Assembly (NCBI GenBank): GCA_013265495.1 | Contig: MU058213.1 | Coordinates: 6,588,066-6,652,065 of the forward strand | Source: Vicugna vicugna | Lineage: Eukaryota | Direction: 5' to 3' | DNA: 64,000 bases | In this document: one piece after another, positions 52,571 through 64,000 of the stretch | Layout: the number at the start of each line of letters is the position of its first letter | How positions within the stretch are numbered: the first letter of the stretch is position 1 | The notes under the pieces: generated by a model | What the model was told of the DNA's origin: nothing | Database searches by the model: none | The model's input: the letters and a program-made list of their open reading frames with translations, nothing else | Translations under genes and position numbers: made by a program

Positions 52571-52822
52571 TACAAACTTGTGGTTGCCAAGGGGGCGGGG
52601 GGTGGTCAGAGATAGACTGGGATTTCAAAATTGTAGAACAGATAAACAAGATTATACTTTTTAGCACAGGGCAATATATACAAGGTCTTATGGTAGCTCA
52701 CAGAGAAAAAAATGTGACAATGAATATATATATGTTCATGTATAACTGAAAAATTGTGCTCTACACTGGAATTTGACACAACATTGTAAAATGATTATAA
52801 ATCAATAAAAAATGTTAAAAAA
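52571..52822 (+). mobile_element. Young (camelid-type) L1 3' end
   Basis: 'acaaacttgtggttgccaagggggcggggg...aatcaataaaaaatgttaaaaaa'; TSD-like aaaaatgggtttctt / aaaaatgttttctt. Confidence 0.9.
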
Positions 52823-52935
52823 TGTTTTCTTATTTTGTTGCAAAGTGTAATTAACAGTAAAGAAGGAAGTATAGTATAACAAAGCATCAATATTCATAAA
52901 GATAGAACTACATTAAATACAAAGAGAAAAAGAGA

Positions 52936-53440
52936 TACTTCTGTATTATTCTGTCTATCGGAAGTGAGTCACTAAGTCCAGCCCACTTGCAAAAGGAGGG
53001 GAAGTAGAATCCATCTGTCAAAGAGTTTATAGGCTAACTTATAGAAAGGCACTGTGACTTCCAATCTTGGTTATTTTCTTCCCTTCTGTCTGGGATCACT
53101 GACTCTAGGGGATGCCAAATGCTACATCTTGAGGCTAGTCATGCAGCCCAGTGTAGAGGCCCACACAGCAAGGGACTGCAGCTTTGCAGACAGCCATGGG
53201 AATGAGCCTTCTTTTAAGTGGATTCTCTAGCCCCAATCAAGCCTTCAGATGACTGCAGCCTCAGCCAACAGCTTGACTGCAATCTCATTAGAGATCCCAA
53301 GCCAGAATCATCCAGCTAAGCTGCACCTGGATGGATTCCTGACCCTTAGAAACTATGTGAGATTTAAAAAAAAGTTTATTGTTATTTAAAACCACTAAGT
53401 TTTGGAGTACTTTCTTAAACTGTAATAGATAACTAATACA
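52936..53440 (+). mobile_element. MLT1F-like solo LTR with an inverted 5' segment
   Basis: 53031-53440 is sense ('caagccttcagatgactgcagcc', ending 'aatagataactaataca'); 52936-53031 is antisense. Confidence 0.8.
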
Positions 53441-56400
53441 AAAGAACCTAAAAGTGAAGGAAACAAATTATTACAGACAAATTAAATAGGAAAAAGAAAA
53501 TAGTGAAACAAATAAATTCAAAAGTTGATTTATTTTAAGAAAAAACTTAGTAAATTAGATTAACCAGAACTTACTCTAATTCAGACAAAAAAGAAAAAGC
53601 AGGAGTACACAAAATAAGAAATGATAAAGTTGAAATAACTACGGATACCATGGAAATGAAAAGAATAACATGAACCTACTTTGCTCAATTCTATGCAAAA
53701 AAGTCTGAAAACTCAAATAAAATGAGTAAGTTATTGGAAAATATAATTTACCAAAACAAATTCAAAAGAGAGAAAATCTAAACAGCTAATTATCATTGAG
53801 AAAATAGAGAAATTGTCAAAATGTTATTCATCCCCAAACATCAGGTTCAGGTAGTGTCACAAGGAATTCCATGAAACCTCCAATGAACACATAATTCCAT
53901 TGTTATTTAAATTCCGGTTTTAGGTTTTGAGGCATGGGGAAAGAAGGAAAATCTTCAAATTGCTTAATGAAGAAAAAAAAATACTAATAAAGATAAGCCA
54001 CAAAAAGAAAACTACAAATGAATCTCATGAATATGAACATCAGTGTGAAAATTCTAATACTGGAAAACATAATCCAACATTACATTTAAAGAAAAATACA
54101 GTATAACAAGTTGGGATTATTGCAGGAATGTAAGGTTGATTCAGTATTAGGAAATCCAATCATAAAGCCAATGATTTTTACTCCAGGGAGAACAATCATA
54201 TGATCATTTCCAAAGATGCTGAAAAGGTATTTGATAAAGCACAACATTTATTTTGATTAAAAAAAACCTCTTAAGAGAAACTGGTGAATACTTCCTTACC
54301 ATGGTAAGATATCTGTATCTCAACCCAAAAACTGGCATCATGCTTAGAAGGCATTAGACAAATTCTCCCTGAAACCAGGAAAACAATTACACTATCAGCA
54401 TTACTGTTAAATATTTTTCAGAATGTATTGTCAAAATAATTAGACAAGAGAAAGAAATGACAGGCAGAGAAACTGGAAAGGAAGAAATAAAACCATCACG
54501 TTTCCCATGATATGATGCTTGAAAAACCTAAGAAGATAAACTGAAAAACTATTAAAACCAAAGAGAATTCAGTGTTGATATAGAGAAATTAGTTGCTTTT
54601 GTATATATAAACATTAACCAGTTATCAGATTAAAGGAGAAAAACTTCATTTACAAGAGCAACAAAAATATCAGGTACTTAGAAATTAACTTTAAAAATGC
54701 ACAATATACTAGATGAACTAAAACATGCCTCCTGGACACCAAAAATCAAAGGCCATGTGATAGTCTTAGGTTTACCATCATAAAGCTATCAATTCTAAAT
54801 TAGCCTATAAACTTAATGTGATCCTTACAAATATGACAACTGAGTTTATTCTGAAATGAGACAAACTGCCACTATTGTTGAAAAGAAATTAATTAGAAAG
54901 TTTAGCCAGGAAAAGTCCAAAAAAGTGGAGAAAGAAGGAACTAGCCCAAAGAAATAAGAAAATATATATATTTGAATACTTTGAATGAGAGAGAAATGGC
55001 ACAGCCTTGAAGGTCAAGAAATTGACATTCAGCAGAGAATCAAAGCTAATATATGGTAAAAACGCTCTCTCGAATCAGGGTGGAAAAGAAAACCTATTCA
55101 GTAAATGGTTTGGAAATAACTAGTTTGCCACATGGAAACAAAGACAGATCTATACCATACTCCTTAAATTACAATAAATTCAAAGTTGGTCAAATCCCTA
55201 AATATAAAAAATAAAAGTAAAAACGTTCTAGAACAAGAAAGTTACTTTATAACCTAACAGCAGGGAAGATCTTTAAAATTATGAGATCAAACTGAGAAGC
55301 CATAAAAGATTAGATAGCATTTTTTTTAATGTCTTGAAGTTAAAAATTACCATAAACAAAATCAAGACAAACTGGTAAAATAATATCTGCAATTACAAAA
55401 AAATTACAAAGGCTGGCGTTGCTAGTATAAATTAGTTTCTACAAATCACTAAGAAAAAGAACAACACCTCAATAGAAAAAATGAACTTGGAATATGAATA
55501 GAGGAATGGATAACACAAAAGAAAATACAAATGATAATGAGTATCTGAAAAGGTGCTCAACGTTGCTCTTAACGAGAAATGTAAAAACAAAACTACATTG
55601 AACTAACACTTTTCCCCTATGATTTAGCAGAGATCAGAAAGCTCAATAACATACTATGTTGACAGAGCTGCAGGGAAAGGGGCGTTTTCTGACAGTGCTA
55701 ATGGGTGTGCAACCTCCCTTGTAGGAAATGTGGTAAATTTTATTGAAATGCATGTACCTTTCACCAAGTGATTCTACTTCTAATTACTTTTTTTCTTTAA
55801 CAGATTTACTCACACACATGTGAACTCACTGCATTTCAATGTTCTTATATCTTGCTTGCAATAGCAAAGGACAGAAACAAAAGTCCATCAAGAGTAGACT
55901 GGTTAAGTAAGTTCAGTGCATCCAATGCATGTTTTGTGAATGATCTCCAAACTATATTAAATGGAAAAGTAAGGGGTCAATGTATATGTACTACGTTCCC
56001 ATGTGCAAAGAAGGAGGAGCGAAAAACAAAAACAAAAACAACTGTTTGCTTATATATGCATAAAATATTCCTGGAAAGATTTTTTGGGGGAGTCTGCCTC
56101 TGATGACATATCCTGTTGCAGCCACCAAGGCTTGGGCACAAGGATAGTGCCAGACTGGATCCTGTGAGGCGGCAAAGAGTGAAGGCTTATTTGCATGCTG
56201 GTATTTCTGTGAGAAAGCAATGCATGGGAGGAGAGCCGTGGGTAAGGTGGGAAGGAGTCCCTGAACCACAAGCAAAATTATACCAGCTCTTAAACTCTTC
56301 ATCCTACTCTTTTTGTCACTGAACACCATATCAAGACAGTATCTCCAAAGACTGCCTGAATTCATTCATTCCTAGTAGGTAGGAATGCCACACCCTCTCT

Positions 56401-56897
56401 CTTAATTTGACAGAGCCAGCATACCTGCCCTAAGTAAGGTGCCTTTACATGTACTGCATGGCTCTTTCCCGGGGCCCTTTAATTTGGTGGCAGTGACAAT
56501 GGCATATGGAGACTGATGGCAGGAAGACAACCTGTTACTTTGAGGCATTCCTGAGTGTCTCAGATCTATGAAAAAGAGGTTGTTTTTAAAAACCAGGAAC
56601 TTTATTATAATCAAGTTTGCTCTACCTTTAGTGGAAAAAAAAAAACTGGCAGTGCCTAACTTGTATATGTGAATATTTTCTATGTGTGTCAAGTTTACAT
56701 CACAAGTATCAGCTACTTTTTACACAAAAAAAGGTATTCATTTCGGAGTGTTTTAGGAAAAAACTAGGTAAGTGTGGCCTTTTCTTTAGTGTTTTTAAAT
56801 AATATTCATTGATTTATGGTGGTTACTTCTCCTGAAGTTTAGACTTTAGGTTACAGAAAAGAGACCGCTACTTTGTGATAGATGTTGAAGGACACTA

Positions 56898-59800
56898 GAC
56901 TGCCGGTCAAGAAGGCAGAGCAGTCACCTCTCCTGGTGACTACAACAAAACCACAACCGACTGCTGAAGAGCCATCAAGAAAAAAGACTGCATTCTAGCA
57001 AAAAAGATCTTCAACTGGAAACACAGAGACGGAACCACAGCAGAACGGTAGGAGGGGCATGCTCGTGATATAATCGGGCCCCATATGCCCAGGGTCGGCA
57101 ACCCATAAGCTGAAGAACAATTAATTCGCAGAGGCCCTCCCACAGGAGTGAGAGTTCTGAGCCTCACGTCAGGCTCCCCAGCCAGGGGTTCTGACTTTGG
57201 GAGAAAGTGACCCCAGGACATCTGGTTTTGAAGGCCAGTGGGGCTTAATTTCAGGAGCCTCATGGAACTAGGGGAAACAGAGACTTCATTCTCTTGGGAG
57301 GCATACACAGAATCTCACCTGCACCAGTTCCAAGGGCAGAGACAGTGATTTCATAGGAACCTGGGCCAGACCTGCCTGCTGGTTTTGGAAGGTCTCCTGG
57401 GGACATGGGGGACGGCTGCAGCTCACTCAGGGGACATAAAAGCTGGTGGCACACATTCTCGGAGTGCCCATCTACATGAGCTTTCCTGGCAGCTGGCATC
57501 TTGATTGGATCATTAGCACCAAGACCCAGCCCCACCCAACAGCCTGTAGGTTTAAGGGCTGGGAAGAGTCAGGCCAAACAACATACTGGGTGGGAACGCA
57601 GCCCCACCCATCAGCAGACTTCCTGAGCCACAAAGGCCTCTAGACACAGCCCTACCCACCAGAGGTGCAGGACCAAGCTTCACCCAGCAGTGGGCAGGCC
57701 CTGGCTCCTCCTGCCAGGAAACCTAAGTAAGCCTCTAGTCCCAGACTTATCCACCAGGGGCAGATATCAGAAGTAAGAAAACAACAATCCCAAAGCCTGT
57801 GGAAGGAATCCACAAACCCAGGTCAGACTCTACACTGGGACCTGCTAGACTTTGACCCTTGGGTAACAAGAGAGGAATGCACTGCTGGGATGCATAGGAC
57901 ATCTGCAACAGAGGGCCACCTCTCCAGGTCAAGAAAGTAACTAACTTACCTAAAAAACAAATAGAAAGATAGACAATATGAGGCGGCAGAGGAATATCTC
58001 CCAGGCCAAGGCACAAGATAAAATCCCAGAAGAAATTAAGTGATAAGGAGATAGGCAATTTGTCCCAGAAAGAGTTTAGAGTAATGATGGTGAAGATGTT
58101 CAGAGTACTCACGAGGAGTATAGATGCACAGAGCTCTTGAGCAAAGAGCTGGAAAATATAAAGAATACCCAAACAGAGCTGAAGAATAAAATCACTGAAA
58201 TGAAAAACACACTAGAAGGAACCAAGAATAGACTAAATGAGGCAGAAGAACGGATCAGTGAGCTAGAAGACAGATTAGTGGAAATCACTACTGCAGAACA
58301 GAAAAAAGAAAAAAGAATGAAAAGAAATGAGGATAGTTTAAGAGAACTCTGGGACAACATGAAGTGCACTAATATTCACATTATAGGGGTCCTAGAAAGC
58401 GAAGAGAAAGAGAAAGGACCTGAAAAAACTTTTGAGGAGATAATAACCAAAAACTTTCCCAACTTGGGAAAGGAAACAATCACCCAAGTCCAGGGAGCAC
58501 AGAGAGTTCCACACAGGATCAACCCAAAGGGAAAACACCAGGGCACATAGTCATCAAATTGACAAAAATTAAGAAAAATGAGAAATAATTAAAATTAGCA
58601 AGGGAAAAGAAAGAAATAACATACAAGGGAACTCCCATAAGGTTATCAGCTGATTTTTCAGCACAAACTCTATAGCCAGAAGGGAGTGGCACAATATATT
58701 TAAAGTGATGAAAGGGGAAAACTTACAACCAAGAATACTCTATTCAGCAAGGCTCTCATTCAGATTTGATGGCAAAATCAAAAGCTTCACAGATAAAAGC
58801 TAGAAGAATTCAGCACCACCAAACCAGCTTTACAACAAATGTCAAAGAAACTTCTCGAGTCATCAAACCACAAGAAAAGAGAACAAAAAGAAGAAAGAGG
58901 AATAAAAGACCTATAAAAGATTGCTTTGGCAATTCAGGGTCTTTTATGGTCCCATGTAAATTTTGGAATTGTTTTAGTTCTGTGAAGAGTGTCATGGGTG
59001 TTTTGATGGGGACTGCATTGGATCTGTGGGTTGTTTTGCGTAGTATGGCCATTTTGATAATGTTGGTTCTTCTAATCCAAGAGCACAAGATATCTTTCCA
59101 TTTCTTTGTATCATCATCAATTTCCTTTATCAATGTTTTACAGTTTTCAGAGTACTGGTAACCTCCTAAGTTAAGTTTATTTCTAGGTATTTTGTTGTTT
59201 TTGAAATGTTTATGCCAGTTATAAAATTCTGGTTTTTGAAGTGGAAAAAACAAACAAACAAACAAACAGTGACTGAAGGGCCGTAAATGGCAAAATATCC
59301 TTCTTTTTTATGGGTGAGTTGTATTCCATTGCATGTATGTGCTACATCTTTTTTATCAGTTCATCTACTGATGTCCACTTGGGTTGCTTCCATGTCTTAG
59401 CAATTGTAAATAGTGCTGCTGTTAATAGCAGGGTGTATGTGTCTTTTTGAATTAATGTTCTTGTTCTTCTCGGGTATAAGCCCAGGAGTGGAATTGCTGG
59501 GGCATATGGTGGTTCTGTTTTTGGGTTTTTGAGAAACCTCTATAATGTTTTCCATAGTGACTGCACCGATTTACATTCCTACCAAAAATGTACAAGGGTT
59601 CCCTTTTTCTCCACATCCTTGCCAGCAGTTGTTATTTGTGTTCTTCTTGACGGTGGCCATTCTGACGGCTGTGAGATGGTGTCTCACTGTGATTTTTACT
59701 GGATTGCCCTGATACTGGTGATGTTGAACAGCTTTTCATGTTGCTGTCAGCCATCTGCATTTCCTCTTTTGGAAAAATGTCTGTTCAGTTCTTCTGTCCC

Positions 59801-60300
59801 TATTTTAAATGGGTTGTTTGCTTGCTTTTTAATTGAAGTACAGTCGATTTAAAATATTGCATTAGTTTCTGGTATACAGCATGGATGGACTTGGAGGCTA
59901 TTATGCTAAGTGAAATAAGCCTAACAGAGAAAGATAAATACTGCAAGACATCACTTACATGTGGAATCTAAAAAACACAACTAATGAATATAACAGAAAA
60001 GAAACAGACTCACAGATGTAGAGAAGGAACTAGTGGTTACCAGTGGGGAGAGGGAAGAGGGAGGGACAAGATGGGGGAGGAGGGTTGAGAAGTACAAACT
60101 ATGAGGTAGAAAGAAAGCTACAAGGATGTGCTGTACAACATGGGGAATATAACCAATATTTTATAATCACTATAAATGGAGTATAATCTTTAAAAGTTGT
60201 GAATCACTATAGTGCATACCTGTAACATATAATATTGTTCATTAACTACACTTCAATTGAAAAATATGATACTGTAAAATACATACATTAAGTTTAAAAA
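56898..60300 (+). mobile_element. Rearranged L1: 5'UTR, ORF1, inverted ORF2 pieces, 3'UTR
   Basis: GC-richer 5'UTR 56900-57970, ORF1 remnant, antisense ORF2 blocks 58919-59200 and 59283-59815, sense 3'UTR 59879-60265; TSD-like ttgaaggacacta (from 56885) / ttgaatgacacta (from 60305). Confidence 0.85.
57978..58860 (+). pseudogene. LINE-1 ORF1p remnant, frameshifted
   Basis: ORF 58137-58550 'KELENIKNTQTELKNKITEMKNTLEG...LRELWDNMKCTNIHIIGV...ITKNFPNL' matches the L1 ORF1p coiled-coil/RRM; ATG at 57978. Confidence 0.9.
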
Positions 60301-60535
60301 TATATTGAATGACACTACAAAAATAATGTTAATACTTTCTCTGTCTCTCCCCCCTCACCACTGACTACCATATATCTGCTAAGGATTCCTAAGTGTACCT
60401 TGTATATTTTAACACAATTTGTTAGGATTTTTAAATGATGGGCTAGAATACATATATACAGGTATTTTAAGATTTTCTTCTCAAACCCCAATGAGCTATC
60501 AAGGGCACTGAACTTTGGAGACCACTGATCCAGGT

Positions 60536-60805
60536 CTGCACTGTCCTATATAATAGCCACTAGCCACATGTGGTTTATCCAGCACTTGAAATGCACTAAT
60601 TCAAATCGAGATGTGCTGAAAGTGTAGTATATATACTGGATATTGAAAACTTAGAACAAGAAAAAAAAGAATGTAAAAAACTCAATAATTTTATATCAAT
60701 TACATATATTATATATACTGGCTTAAATAAAAAATATTATTAAAATTAATCTTACTGATTTATTTATACTTTTTAAATGTGGCTACTGGAAAATCAAAAT
60801 TTTCC
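60536..60805. mobile_element. MER33-like hAT-Charlie MITE
   Basis: 'ctgcactgtcctatataatagccactagccacatgtgg...gagatgtgctg...ttttaaatgtggctact'. Confidence 0.8.
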
Positions 60806-61199
60806 CGCCTTAGTTTTCATTCACAGCCAGCCTAGAGGAGACACAGATCAGACCTTATTATAAGGTTGGCACCACAAATACAAAGCAACAAACAACACAG
60901 TTTGATTGAGTTCATGTCTATCAGCATACAGGCTGAAGAAATTACTAAATATGAACCTCCAAAGCAAAATAAATGAGTAGAAACTAAGTCCAGAACTTGA
61001 ATTTATCTTCGAGTTCTCACTTGGCTTCATATACTATATGCATTTTAAAACTTAAAGTACAATTCTGCTTTTTGGGCTTTAAAGGTGCATGATACTGGGT
61101 GTATGCAGAATGCCCTCTGCTTCATTTGCTTTGATGTGCCTTTCTTTCCTTCCTTGTCTTCAACGATTTTAGAAAATCAGTTATATCCATTCTCTAACC

Positions 61200-61419
61200 C
61201 AGTGGTTCTCAACTGGGGGCACTATGCCCTCCCATAGAGGACATTTGGCCATGTCGGGAGACATTTTTGGTTGTCACAGATAGGGTGAGGAATGCTGCTG
61301 GCATTTAGTAGGTGGAGGCCAGGGATACATCTAAATATCCTACAATGCACAGGACAACCTCTCACAACAAAGAATTATCTGACCCAAAGTGTCCGTAAGT
61401 TTGAGACTAAGAAACTATG
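61200..61419 (+). mobile_element. MER20 (hAT-Charlie MITE), full length
   Basis: cagtggttctcaactggggg...aagaaactatg; 8-bp TSD ctctaacc (61192-61199) / ctctaatc (61420-61427). Confidence 0.9.
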
Positions 61420-61614
61420 CTCTAATCTCAGAGAGATGTTATTTTTGGTTCAAGTCAATTTTCCCTTTGTAGCATCCTTCTGAAGGTGAACTGAGCCTGC
61501 AAATTAAGAGCTGGCCTTCATTCCCTAACGATTTCCCATGACATACATTCATTCCCTCACATACTCCTCATTCAGTATTTCCTAGCTTTGATGGGAAGGA
61601 AAGCACAGTATACA

Positions 61615-61735
61615 TGGGGTAAAATATAATTTATTGTTTCAAACTGGAGCATTATTGAGGATTGTTAATAATTATGTCGGACAATAGGAGTACATCAAGA
61701 ATGTCATGGGTAAATTGGATCATCTTGTCACTTTA
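61615..61735. mobile_element. MER94-like hAT-Blackjack MITE, opposite orientation to the copy at 29110
   Basis: 'ggggtaaaatataatttattgtttcaaactggga...attgttaataattatgtcggacaatagg'. Confidence 0.6.
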
Positions 61736-61784
61736 ATCATATGGCAGTGTACAATGTTCAAAATGATAAAGAAGACACGGAGAC

Positions 61785-62374
61785 TTTTTTTTAATTGAAG
61801 TATAGTTGATTTACAGTGTTGTGTTAATTTCTGGTGTACAACGTAGTGATTCAGTTATACATATAAATATTCATTTTCATACTCTTTCATCATAGGCTAG
61901 TACAAGGTACTGAATACAGTTCCTTGTGCTATACAGTACAGTAGGACCTTATTGTTTATCTATTTTAGATATAGTAGTTTGTATCTGCAAATTCTGAACT
62001 CTCAATTTATCCCTTCCCTCCTTTCTCCCCGGTAACCACAAGCTTGTTTTTCATGTCTGTGAGTCAGTCTCTGTTTTGTAAATAAGTTCATTTGTGTCCT
62101 TTTTTAAAATTCCACATGTAAGAGATATATGGTATTTTTCTTTCTTTCTGGTGTACTTCACTTAGAACGATGATCTTCAGGTCCATCCATGTTACTGCAA
62201 ATGGCATTATTTTATTCTTTTTTATGGCTGAGTAGTATTCCATTGTGCATATATATCACAACTTCTTTATCCAGTCACCTGTCAGTGGACATTTAGGTTG
62301 CTTCCACGTCTTGGCTATTGTAAATAGTGCTGCTATGAACATTGGGGTGCATGTATCTTTTTGAATTAGTTTCC
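61785..62374 (-). mobile_element. 5'-truncated lineage L1 (ORF2 end and 3'UTR)
   Basis: Poly-T then 'aattgaagtatagttgatttacagtg...gctatgaacattggggtgcatgtatctttttgaatta'. Confidence 0.92.
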
Positions 62375-62699
62375 TCATGGACGCATTTCTAATGGCAGCC
62401 AATTGGGAGAACAGTGTTTGGGCAATAGGATGTCAAAGCTGAGGCTGAAGATCATTCCTGGTTTGTGTGTTAATGAGATAACGACATAGAAAACATCCAG
62501 GGTGAAACCATAACTGCTACAATAGAATTTGGTTTTGGAAAGGAAAAAATAAACATAAGATTCAGAATATACAAAGAACATAAACCCTGCTGGAGGCATT
62601 ATAAAGCACATTTAAAAAAAATTCACCTGTATAATACTTGCACATAGTAGGTACTCAACAAATGTCAGCTAGAGAATAAATCTACATGGTCTGATCTGC

Positions 62700-64000
62700 T
62701 ATGCGGAAACCTTTTCCATTTACAGTATATGTTATTTTAATCCGTGTGATTTCCTGAACCAACATCTAAGACGCACAAAGTAGGGCTACGACCCCTTCTG
62801 TGCCACAACAAAAAATTACAAACTTTTGGATTTGTCAGAATCCCACAGAACCATCCAGGCAAGATAAATAATTATAAATGCCAGCGAAGTTGCTTTCCTG
62901 TTTTCCTTTTGATTCGTAAGGTTACTGGTGGATAAGATTATCTTTTATTTATATGGCATGCGGTAAAATTTTGAAAGGAGATTTTTTGCGTCCATCATAC
63001 TCTCCCTCCATAATTAAGCCTGTAGGGCTGGCTGGCTGGCTGATATTTTTTAATGCAGAGTTTGGTCAATTTCTGTTAACACTAACTTAGAGTTCAGAGC
63101 TCCACGTAGCACAGAAGTGTGAGAGAAAAACAATTTATATTAAAAATATTTTGAGAGGCGTTGAACAAACTGAAGATGCTTTCTGTGCTAACCGCCCAGC
63201 ACTTCTGTTCTGACATCACCAGTTTATACAGCGGTCCGAGCAAGCTCACCTTGCGCCGCCCGCACGTTTGATTTTCCCAGGTTCCTCGCTTGGCTTCCTT
63301 TTTCCTTTCATCCATGCCCTCCCGCTATAAATAAAGGTTTTCCCCCTCCCCCTCTTTGCTATGTGTTGTCTTTTTAATTATGCCCCAAACTCTAATAGAG
63401 TCAGTCCAGATCTTGTTTTGCCATTAACTTAGGAAGAAAAGAGGCCGCCTCCTGCATTTCACATGAAACGTTACAAGGGCTTTCATCTGGTCCCACCTGC
63501 AGCAGACAGAACAATAGGCAGCTATCATCTTGTGACACCCACCGCTAATTTATCCAACCAGAAGCCAGGTAGCGCTCCGCAGTGCCGCTCCTGTCTGAAG
63601 AGGTGCAGTAAATACTCAGCTTAATAGTAGCTTCTCAGGCAGGGGGGCAACATATCACAGCGTGGCATTTTTATAATCTTACTGGCATGCCGGCAGCCAG
63701 GAGCGCGGCTGTGCATCTTCCTCCTCAGTGGCGCTTAGAATGCGTGTAACTGTTAGATGGTGACACATTGTGCCTTTAAGCAAGTTTAACTGTTTTATAT
63801 CCCCTCTGATCTGCGGCTTTGTACATCTGTTAAGCTGCCTCTTAAAACTTCTGTGGGCACATCTGTGGAGCCGCTTCTTGTAGCTTGGCATGCGTTGTGG
63901 GCCTGGTGTGGGGTTTCTTTTGACTGCCTCTTATTTATCTGTGAGGAGTTTCTCTGTTGCGCTGGAAGGCCACAGCTAAATACATCATCTGGGCCCAAAA
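62700..64000. promoter_or_regulatory. Putative conserved non-coding/enhancer-like block
   Basis: No recognisable repeats, visibly more CpG than the flanks, homeodomain TAATTA motifs, MEF2/TATA-like CTATAAATAA at 63325-63334; inferred from composition only. Confidence 0.35.

Larger units (their letters stand above)
50150..56100 (+). mobile_element. Long, heavily decayed old L1 (5' region, ORF1, ORF2, 3'UTR) with nested insertions
   Basis: Colinear motifs: ORF1-like 50700-51650, EN-like 52320-52550 ('aatggactcacctcacatactaaaagaaaac'), RT-like 54100-54250 ('gatgctgaaaaggtatttgataaa'), 3' part 55500-56090. Confidence 0.75.

Noticed and set aside
57750..57765. CTCF-like ccaccaggggcag
   Set aside because: One G short of the core spacing and lies inside the L1 5'UTR
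61..63998. Supplied six-frame ORFs as host genes
   Set aside because: All are short (155 aa or less), often start at non-ATG codons and overlap repeats; the only recognisable peptides are L1 ORF1/ORF2 remnants
1..64000. CRISPR array, operon, prophage or other prokaryotic-type system
   Set aside because: No regularly spaced repeats or long ORFs; the sequence is clearly mammalian repeat-rich DNA

Overview
Mammalian, essentially non-coding genomic DNA (intergenic, or deep inside a very large intron). It is most likely from a camelid, inferred from five tRNA-Ala-derived SINEs of the vic-1 type and young L1 3' ends of the kind seen in camelids. I could not recognise any host protein-coding exon, RNA gene or prokaryotic-type system. 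The listed ORFs are noise apart from decayed LINE-1 ORF1/ORF2 fragments. A large part of the window is interspersed repeats: L2, MIR, old L1M, MaLR/ERVL LTRs, hAT and Tigger DNA-transposon MITEs, and young L1 and SINE insertions, many with visible target-site duplications (TSDs). Between them lie repeat-free blocks rich in TAAT/ATTA that resemble conserved developmental enhancers, plus one strong CTCF motif. The most unusual structures are rearranged retroelements: a TSD-bounded L1 that keeps its 5'UTR and ORF1 but has scrambled, inverted ORF2 pieces (56.9-60.3 kb), an MLT1 LTR with an inverted 5' end (52.9-53.4 kb), a twin-primed L1 with a younger L1 nested in it, and a short 3' transduction. 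Repeat family names come from recalled consensus sequences, not a database search, and boundaries of old elements are approximate. I found no evidence for a novel biological system.
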